A stretch of DNA of 64,000 bases, taken from the human T2T-CHM13v2.0 reference genome, Homo sapiens. How positions within the stretch are numbered: the stretch's first letter is position 1; the number at the start of each line of letters is the position of its first letter. Below are positions 55,329 to 64,000 of this stretch, in pieces. The stretch lies in NCBI RefSeq assembly GCF_009914755.1, contig NC_060931.1. One strand, given 5' to 3'. A program made the position numbers and the translations under genes. The notes beneath the pieces were generated by a model. That model was not told the DNA's origin, searched no databases, and saw nothing but the letters and a program-made list of their open reading frames with translations.

Positions 55329-55432
55329 GATGCTTCTCTTCCTCCGAATGGGCAGGGGCCGCTTCTCGGGCACATGCTTAGTGGCATGGACCCCGTGAGC
55401 TCTCAGGCTGGTGTCCAAAGAATCCTCACTCC
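55328..55432 (-). CDS. PDGFA: PDGFA exon 3 (GSEDSLDT...PIRRKRSI; furin site RRKR)
   Basis: Acceptor CTGCAG|GG, donor G|GTGAGT, 105 nt. Confidence 0.98.
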
Positions 55433-58400
55433 CTGCAGGCGGAAGGAGAACACCGTGAATGCCCCAGGCCCGTGCGCTGTGCCCTGGGCCTGTCCAGCCG
55501 CACTTCCCACAGACCAGCTTTGGGAGCCACTGGGGAACAGGCACCTGGCGGCACAGCCCCTCACAGCTCCCGCCATTAGGGGCCCTCCAGGAGAACCTCG
55601 ATTCCCACCAGGGCTTTCCAGAGATGCAGGGCATGAAACACTGGAAACCGCAGAAAACGCCCCGTTAGCACAGAGGTCCCCACATTCAGGGGCCCGTGAC
55701 GAAGCGCAGGGCCCTTCGGGGAAGAGGTTGCAGGTGGTCTCCCCTACGGTGCCTCCTCCAAGGTAGCCCAGGTGAGGGCTGCCCCGGGGCAGGAGGGGCC
55801 TGAGGCCGCCCAGCTCCGTGCACCTCCCCGAGGGGCACAGGGCTAAGCCAGGCCCCACCTCTGTCTGGGGGCTGGAGCGAGGGAGAAGCAGAGGCCGCTG
55901 AGATTTCTGCAGGTGCCTGTACGTCTCCCTCCCTCCCCCTCACTAAAGCACTCCTGGAAGAAGTGGCCTAACCTCTGAGGGGCACTGGAAGCCGCCAGAC
56001 TGGGCTGCGGGCCAGACCCCACTCATTCCTGAAATGAGTCTACTCTAGGGCCAGCGGCCATGAGGAGAGGCAGGAGGGCACGTGGCCTCTCGTGGAGGCT
56101 ACACGGAGGAGTTCCCGCAGCCTGACAGAGGGAGGCGGCCTGCGGAGAGGGGTTGAGAGAAGCTGGCATCTGCGAGCCGTGTTTACAGCCAGGCGGCCAG
56201 GTGCAGGTGGGGCAGTGGCCCAGAGCCAAGACCAGCACTGACCGGGGAGCAGAACTGAGAACCTATCCCCGCCACCCCACCCAGCTGCACACACCACCCC
56301 TTCACAGGCGCTGACGGCTACAGCAGACAGGCTGGGGGAGTCTCAGGTCTCTCCAAATCCCGCAGTAGGGAGAGGACCCACAGTCCTGCCCATGGACACT
56401 GCCCGCACCTGGGCACCGCGGGTGGCTCTGGGCCTCCTTGCCTTGGCCCCCTGGTCCCAGCTGGGGGGTCTCTTCCCATCTCCCTCCATCCTGCCCCCCC
56501 CACCATATAACCAAGGGTGAACAGGCGCGGAGACAGTGAGCCTCACAGCCAGGATGCTCCAGAGGCACAGAGATCTCCCTGCCCCCTCCTGGGAAGCTTG
56601 GGAAGTCCCGGTCACCAATCCAGACGGCTAATGGGCTCTGCACCTCCTGGGTTCAGGACTAGCAGCCCAAAGTGTCTCTCCCCAGCCCATCGAGGCATCC
56701 GTGACTATCCACAAACCAACCGGAGAAACCTCAGCTTCCTCCGCACCCCCGAGGAGCCTGCGGATTTAAAATGAAGCCCGCAAACCTCACAGAAGGTGTC
56801 AGGCAAAGACGAAGCTCGCCCGGAGCCCAACTTTTTACCGAAAATGACTCAATGTTCCAATGACACTAATTTTTTTTGAGACCCAAAATAAGATCAGAAC
56901 AGAACTACTCATGCAGTAAGAATTTCCCATCAACCAACTGTTACAAGCAGCATTTCTTTTCATGAAAAAGTGACACTTATGAATCACATCCTGGTGGTGG
57001 CCATCTTGCCATGGCCAAACCAAAGAGTAACGGGTCCGTTCTCCACTCGTAGGAGAAAATTCAATAACACCAGCTCCCATTTTCCGATGCCTTGTGATAG
57101 CCACGTTTGCATTAGCTGCTTTACCAATGACTTAGCTTCTGAGTGTGCGGTGGGTGCTATCACTTCTTCACATCCGAGGAAACTGAGGCCCAGAGAAATA
57201 TAACAGGACCAGAAGTGGCTCGCAGGAGACTCATGTGGTCTGCGTCCACAGAGCACAGTCCCTGTGCCCCGCCACCCTCTAGCCCTGGCTTAATAAACAG
57301 AGAAGACGGCAGCCGTGCTAGCTCATTGACCCCCAGAAAGCCTGAGCTGGCAAATTTCTTGAGACAAGGGACAGAGGGGGAATAGCTCCCAGTCTACCAA
57401 GCCCACCCTTTGCTCCCAGCTCAAGATGCCGAGAGTGGACCACGCTCACCAAAGCCGCCCACAGCTCACCAAACACAGCTCTGAGCAGCCCAGGCCCAGG
57501 TGGCCTGGCCGGCAAGAATCACCCCTAAAACTGCTCCCAGGACAGTTAACCAGGAGGCTTTCCCTTTTGTCTTTTAGGCACAGATGTCCCAAGGACAACT
57601 CCAGGACAGGGAGAATCTCCCAACCATCAGTCCTGGTCTGGCATTACTGGCCCGAGATGGGGCTATTTATGTTATCAGCCGCTCAATGAACCACGGGCGC
57701 CAGGCCAGACCACTTTGGGGAACAAAGCTCCCCAGCTGCCACTGCACACAGGACAAACAGGCCCTAAACGCGGGCTGCCGGTCATTAAAAGACCACATGC
57801 TGGCCTCTGGATCTAAAAGCCACAGGTGAAAAGCCTTCACTCTTCACTCCAGCACACCCTCCGAATGAAACGCTTGGGCTCCGGGAGGATGGTGAGGAAT
57901 CCCACTACCCGTGCTCCTCCAGCCACAGTCAAGGAGCGGCCAAGACCCCAGACGGTGCCTGGCTCAGTCTCCCCAACTGTACAGTGGGACGCAGCCTGCA
58001 TGCTGGGAGGAGCCAAATGCCAGTCACAAAGCCCCACCCACCTGGAGGAGGAGTCAGCATAGCTGGGGCGCACCCCTGGGATTCCTCAAAGCCTCTTTTC
58101 TGCTTCCTACAGCGTGGGCCTTAGAGGCACCTAATGCCAAGAACATCAGCCTGGAAGGGTTATAAAGGGACTCCGAGGGAAAGTTTGTTGCGTTGGGTTT
58201 CTCCCAGCACCCAGCCCCTTCCTCATGAGCCCCTGCACTGTCCCCTGCCCCTAACAGACCAGAAGCACCTCTGGATTGAAAAGGGAATCCAGGACCCGGA
58301 GGGATGCTTACCCAATGAGAACTGACCTCAACCAGTTTACAACCCTCCCTACGACAGAGAACGGGAGTTGAAGAAAAGACACCCCCTACAAGCTGGAGGA

Positions 58401-59738
58401 GCAGCCGGTGCCTCTCCTGTCCTCAGGCGAGAGACTGTGGGTTTCTCTGGTTCTGTTTTCAGCCACACCTGGGAAGGGGACTGGACAGGACCAAGGAGGC
58501 CCCCCTATGTTACAAAAGGTCCCCCACCAGGGGCAAGGGAGGAGGTAGATGCCACCCCCATATTCTCACACACAAAGCCTCCCAGACACTAGGAGAATCC
58601 TATTCAGACCCCAAAACCTCTCACGGACACAGGAGGGCTGAGATCCACTCTGCATTCCCTGGGGCAGGAGGAGAGAGCTCCTGGGACATGACTGCAGAGG
58701 GAATTTGAAACCGGCCAGGACTAGCTTAGGGGCATCCTTGTTTTTTTTCTGTTCGGACCCTACGACCTAGAAGCCCCCGGGTGAGGAATGCCATCAGCAT
58801 ACCCCACGAAGCTGCAATGCTAAAGGCGATAATGGGTGGGGGTGGAGGAGGCGGGGCGCCAAGACCAGAATAAGAATAGTCCCAGCAGAAAGTGAATGGC
58901 CCATTTCCCTGCAGCTTCCAAAGCCAGTCCCACGAGGAGGCCCAGCTCTCCACAAGCCTCCCCTTCTGCTAGCACCCCGCCCCAGAAAAAGCCCTGAAAC
59001 CTTCTCCAGGAAGCAGCCCCCCCCCCCCCACTTTTCCAAACCCATCCAGGACCAGCGAGATTCAGGCAAGGGATTCCCCCCCACAAACCAGAGCCAGATC
59101 CTTTTCCCTAGAGTTATCCACTGAGGGATCCGGTCAAAATCCCCCCGCCCAGCTGTGCTGTGGGAGTGAAACTCTACCGCACCCCCCACCCTCCGCCCCC
59201 GATAAGGATCAGCCCAGGGATTTCCTGGGTCAAGAAACTACAGAAACCATCGGCCTTGTTAGAAAATGGTTTTGGCATGAAACGAAAATAGTTCAGGCCT
59301 CTCCACCACCATAATTAGGTACAAATTTCCAAATGACTAGACCATGTGATTTCACTTAATCCCCGCATGCCCCCCCTTTTTCAGAGTCCTTTGCAGGGAG
59401 AGAAGAATCTTCATGTCACGTAACTTCTTCCAATTCTGCTGCCTTTAGTTACTCTTTTTAACAAGTTCATCGCAGAGCCCCTTTTTAAACCAGGTTAAGG
59501 CTCCGACTGGAGTTCCCAGGCCGAGTGCTCATTTTGAAAAGAGCGCCACGCACGCCTGGAAGAGAGACCTCGCCTTCTAGGAAGGGGCTCTCTAGCCCTG
59601 AGCGGGCGGGCGGCCACCCTACACCCTCGCCCCTCCCACCCACCCGTGGTCCACCGGGGTCCCCCGGGGTGAGAGGCCCCTTTAACCCTTGCCAACCCGC
59701 AGCAAAACTCTGTGCTTGCAAACAAGCTGTGTTCTCTA

Positions 59739-60488
<750 letters not shown>

Positions 60489-61182
60489 TCAGCGCCCGCG
60501 GCCCCGACCCCGCCGGCACGCGCCCCCGGCCGCCAGGAGCGCCGCCGCCCCGGGCCCGAGGAGACCCCGCGAGCGCCGGCCGCAGTCCCCGCCCCAGCCC
60601 CCGCGGAGCCCTCGCCCCGGCCCTGGAACCAGAAGCCGGGGGTGGGGCTGGAAGAGACCCCAAATTCTCCACCCGCATCCATGTTCCGCCCTTTGCAAAA
60701 TCAAAGCCCCCCCCCCTTTATATTTTCAGACAAAAGCCCCCGCACTCCGGCCCCTCCACCCGGGGTGTCAGTTACAGAAGGTCTAGGGGGCAGCGAGGGG
60801 GCCGAAAGTTTCTGATTTAATAGTGAGATCAACATCTAGAAAGATCAAGTTAAAATGCGTCACGGGTCGGCGAGAGTCACGGCAGCCCTAACACTTTAAT
60901 CCAGGCAGGGCTTAAATTTCACGCCCCGGAATCCCGGGCCGAACCCGTGGAGAGGTCTCTCCGTCTCACAAACACACGCACGCGCGCGCAGACACACACA
61001 CGCGCACACACATCTCACTCACACACTCGCCCCACCCCGGGCTCCGGCCCAGCCGCGGCCCTAGCGCCGACTAAGACGCCCAAATCCAGCCGGCGGCCGG
61101 GAGAAGAAGCCTCCAGGGAAAGCGAGGGTTAAACTTCCACCTCGCGCAGCTCTCCGTGCCCTGCGGAGACCACCCTCACCTC

Positions 61183-61207
61183 TGGCCTCCCCCACTCCCC
61201 TCCCCGA
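61183..61207 (-). promoter_or_regulatory. Intron-1 polypurine element, probably the S1-hypersensitive silencer described for PDGFA
   Basis: Minus strand TCGGGGAGGGGAGTGGGGGAGGCCA at about +1.6 kb from the inferred TSS. The identity with the published element is from recall. Confidence 0.55.
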
Positions 61208-61915
61208 TTTTTAAGGAGAGTCGGGGGTCGCTGGGGAGCCTGAAGCACTAAGTTCCCACGACGGGGGCTGTGGAAAGTCATTCATCACAGCAAAGCTCCC
61301 GGGGATGGGGATGGGGATGGGGATGGGGGGGCGGGGACGCCGCGGTGGGAGGGTGCGGACGCCTGGCCCAGCCCCAGCTCGCCTCGCTCAGCCACCTGTA
61401 AGCAGGCCCGGGCGGGCGGGACTGCGCCGGCCCTGAGCCCCGCCGGGCTTGGGGACTGGGAACCGAGGGCTGCAGCTTGGCGCTGCCCACCCTGCCCGGC
61501 CAGGGGCTTCCGCAGCAGCCGCCCCTACCTATTTATCCGCCGCCCTTCTCTCCTCCCCAGGCTCCGCCGGCTCACACACACCCCCTTCCCCGCTCCCCGC
61601 ACCCCGCTGCTGCAGCGCCCGCTGCGCCCCAGCTCCCCTTCCCCGGAGAGGACACTGCGCCCCCCGAAGTTTCTCCCCACTCGTCCACCTCGCTGCTCCC
61701 CGGTCCCCCCGAGGCAGAGCGAGCGACGCAACACGCTGGAAACTCCCCACACACACTTAGGCATGGCAGAAAATAGAACCCAGTTGGGAAAATCTAAACA
61801 TCGACCACCCTGGCAGGAACCAAAACGCTCTCTGCAGAGCCCGTGGCGCCCCAGCCGGCGGGGGGTGTGCGCCGGAGGAGCCGGCGCAGGGACGGGGCGC
61901 GGGGGCGGCACCAAC

Positions 61916-61978
61916 CTCGGCCAGAACATGGGCGAGGTATCCGCAGCCGAGGAGCAGCAGGCAAGCCAAGGTCCTCAT
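61916..61978 (-). CDS. PDGFA: PDGFA exon 1 coding part, signal peptide MRTLACLLLLGCGYLAHVLAE
   Basis: ATG at 61978-61976, 63 nt, donor GAG|GTTGGT, phase 0. Confidence 0.98.
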
Positions 61979-62070
61979 CGCGTCCCGAGGCGCTGGCTGC
62001 TCGGAGGAGAGGCGAGGCCGCGGGGCGGGCGCTCCAGCCGGTCTCCTGTGGCGGCGAAATTCAGTACCAT
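61975..62070 (-). other. 5'UTR uORF of 31 aa whose TGA overlaps the main ATG
   Basis: MVLNFAATGDRLERPPRGLASPPSSQRLGTR*; junction CG-ATG-A. Confidence 0.75.
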
Positions 62071-62332
62071 CCCTTAGGGAGCGCGGCCCGGAGGAGGGTG
62101 GCGCGGGGAGCACGGAGCTGGCGGAGCGCGCCCGGCGCGAGCAGTGAGTGCGGAGAGGCAGGCAGCGCCAGCCAGGAGGAGGAGAAACAGGGAGTGCGCG
62201 CCCGCAGCGCGGGGAGCCTCCTGGGCCGCCGGGTAGGGGGTGGGGACGGAAGGGGCGGAGGGCGGGGGCTGGGCTTCTTCCTCGGTGCGTTCCCGGTGCT
62301 GGCCGCCGCCGCGCTCGCTCCCCGCGCTGGCT

Positions 62333-62374
62333 TCAGGAGCGACCCGGCCGGTAATTCTGCATATTTGCGGACAT
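62333..62374 (-). other. 5'UTR uORF MSANMQNYRPGRS* (two in-frame uATGs)
   Basis: ATG at 62374 and 62362; TGA ends at 62333. Confidence 0.75.
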
Positions 62375-62849
62375 CAGCCCCAAGAAGAACTCCGGAGGGA
62401 GTCTGGGGCCGCCGCCGCCGCCGCCGCCACACCGATCACCTGCCTGAACGCCTGGCCCGGCCCCGGCTGCGAGCTGCGAGCCGCCCTGCGCGCCCACCGC
62501 CGGCCCCGCGCTCGCCTCCGGCCTCCTCTTGCAGCCGCCGCCCGGCCGGGCACAGCGCGGCCCAGCACCCCCTCCGCGGCGCGCCCTCGGCTCCGGCGCC
62601 GCGCTCCGCCCTCCGCTCGCCGGGGCCGGGCAGCGCCCGCGGCCGAGCCGCCTGGCAGCCACCACCCGCCGCCCGGGGCCTCGCTGCGCCGCCCGCGCGG
62701 GCCTGAGGGCGGGCGCAAGGCCGAGTCGGCGCCTCCGCCGCAGCCGCCGCCGGGAGAGGAGGAGGAGGAGTAGGCGCAGGCCCGGCTCGCCGGAGTTGGG
62801 CGGGCTCCGCAGGGCGCGCGTGTGGAGCCGGCCGGCGGCGGGGAGAGGG

Positions 62850-62854
62850 TTATA
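62850..62854 (-). promoter_or_regulatory. PDGFA TATAA box
   Basis: Minus-strand GCTATAAC; an isolated AT motif in an extremely GC-rich promoter, directly downstream of the GC boxes. Confidence 0.85.
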
Positions 62855-62863
62855 GCGCCGCCG

Positions 62864-62912
62864 CCGCGCCCCTCCCCCGCCCCCGCCCCCGCCCCCCCCC
62901 CCCGCCTCCCCC
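62864..62912 (-). promoter_or_regulatory. PDGFA proximal G-rich nuclease-hypersensitive element (overlapping Sp1/EGR1/WT1 sites; G-quadruplex forming)
   Basis: Minus strand has a G5, a G13 and several G5/G4 runs with GGGCGG and GCGGGGGCG motifs, matching the known PDGFA promoter element. Confidence 0.85.
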
Positions 62913-63313
62913 GGATTCCGGGCCTGGGACCCGCACCTCGGAAGCGCTCGGGGTTCGTGCGGACCCGGCAGGGCCCGGGCGCCGCCGCCGCGGCAGGGAG
63001 CACACACGCGCTCGCGCAAGCAGCTAAATCCATCAAAGCCCCGCGCCCGGCTCCGCGCCGGGGCTCCGCGCCCCTCCCTCGAGCTTGCCCACCCTCCAGT
63101 GCCAGCTGCAATCCTGCGGCACCGGGTGGGGAGGGAGGAGGCCGCCGCAGAAGCGCCGCCGTCGCCGGCTCGCCTCTCTCGGGCCCCAGCGGCGGCAGCG
63201 GGCAGCGCCCAGAGCTGCTGCGCCAAAAAGGGCCAGAGAGCCGGTCCCCGCCCCCGCCCCGGCGCTCCGGCCGCTCTCCACGGTTCGGATCCAGGGCCCC
63301 AGCCTTCCTCTCT

Positions 63314-63323
63314 CCATAAAAGG
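63314..63323. promoter_or_regulatory. CArG box / serum response element CCATAAAAGG
   Basis: Perfect CC(A/T)6GG about 500 bp upstream of the TSS. Confidence 0.7.
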
Positions 63324-64000
63324 AGGGGGAGTCAGTCTTTGGGGAAGGAGGGGGGCGGGTTTGGGGCACTCACCTGGCGGCTGCCACGCGCCCCCGCCCA
63401 GGATCCGAGGCCTGGGGCATCTGAATGAGGACCCTCCACCCACATTTCCACTTGGGAGCGAGCTCCAGTCGGGGAAAGGGCCTGCAGCCCGCCTCGTCCC
63501 CACCCTGGGACCCCGCGCCCCCCAGTCCCCCACTCCCGCGCCGAAGGCAGGGCCGCGCCCTGAGCCGGGAAGTCGAGGGGATGGAAGGGAAAGGAGCCAC
63601 CGGTGAGGGTCCCCCGGGTTCTGAGCCTCCCGCGTCGGGATCCGTGGGGCGCACAGAGCGCCACCTCCGGCCGAGGCGCAGCTCAGAGCGCGATGCGGGG
63701 GAGGAACGCGCGCGGAGGCCGAGGTCTGAGCGTGGCTAGACGGCTCCCACGCCGAGAAAGGGCGGGTGCGCCTGGGCTGGATGGATTTCGCCTCCCTAGA
63801 CCAGGAGGGATTGGACCCTGACTACAGGTCCAGGTGCTCGTCAGTGCCCTGCCAGGGGGTCTACGCGTCCTGGTACCGGGTCCAGCGGGGTGGCGTGCTG
63901 TGCAGACCCCGAGGCTAGACGGCCTAGGCCCCTGGAGCCCAGGAGACGCTTCCTTGGGTGAGCAGCGGAGAATCCCGCCCGGCCCAGCCGTCACCCCCAA

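Noticed and set aside
61843-63606. Several 160-330-aa ORFs over the promoter
   Set aside because: Expected stop-codon depletion in a CpG island; Arg/Gly/Ala/Pro-rich.
63350-64000. Divergent lncRNA from the PDGFA promoter (recalled as PDGFA-DT/HRAT92)
   Set aside because: Plausible, but its start and exons cannot be supported from sequence alone.

Overview
Human (or closely related primate) genomic DNA, GC-rich, with the repeat content expected of distal 7p22. It contains the whole PDGFA gene on the minus strand. The promoter has a TATAA box, a G-rich Sp1/EGR1 element and a CArG box at about 62.8-63.3 kb. Exons 1-5 are followed by cassette exon 6 (211-aa long isoform) and terminal exon 7 (196-aa short isoform), and the 3'UTR runs to about 40.2 kb. 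The first ~40 kb has no credible protein-coding gene. It holds many minisatellites/VNTRs, Alu, L1, MIR, MaLR and MER repeats, and two orphan CpG-rich segments. The most notable observations are: (1) an intron-4 minisatellite repeats the end of exon 4 with its donor, giving three stop-free, in-frame 33-nt AG..GT cassettes; (2) the exon-3 donor is also tandemly duplicated; (3) a candidate upstream first exon would give a signal-peptide-less PDGF-A; (4) a non-Alu 139-bp inverted repeat (137/139 identical) brackets a 769-bp CpG-rich spacer at 4.3-5.4 kb. Almost all long ORFs in the supplied track are repeat or GC artefacts. Repeat subfamily calls come from recalled consensus similarity, not from a search.
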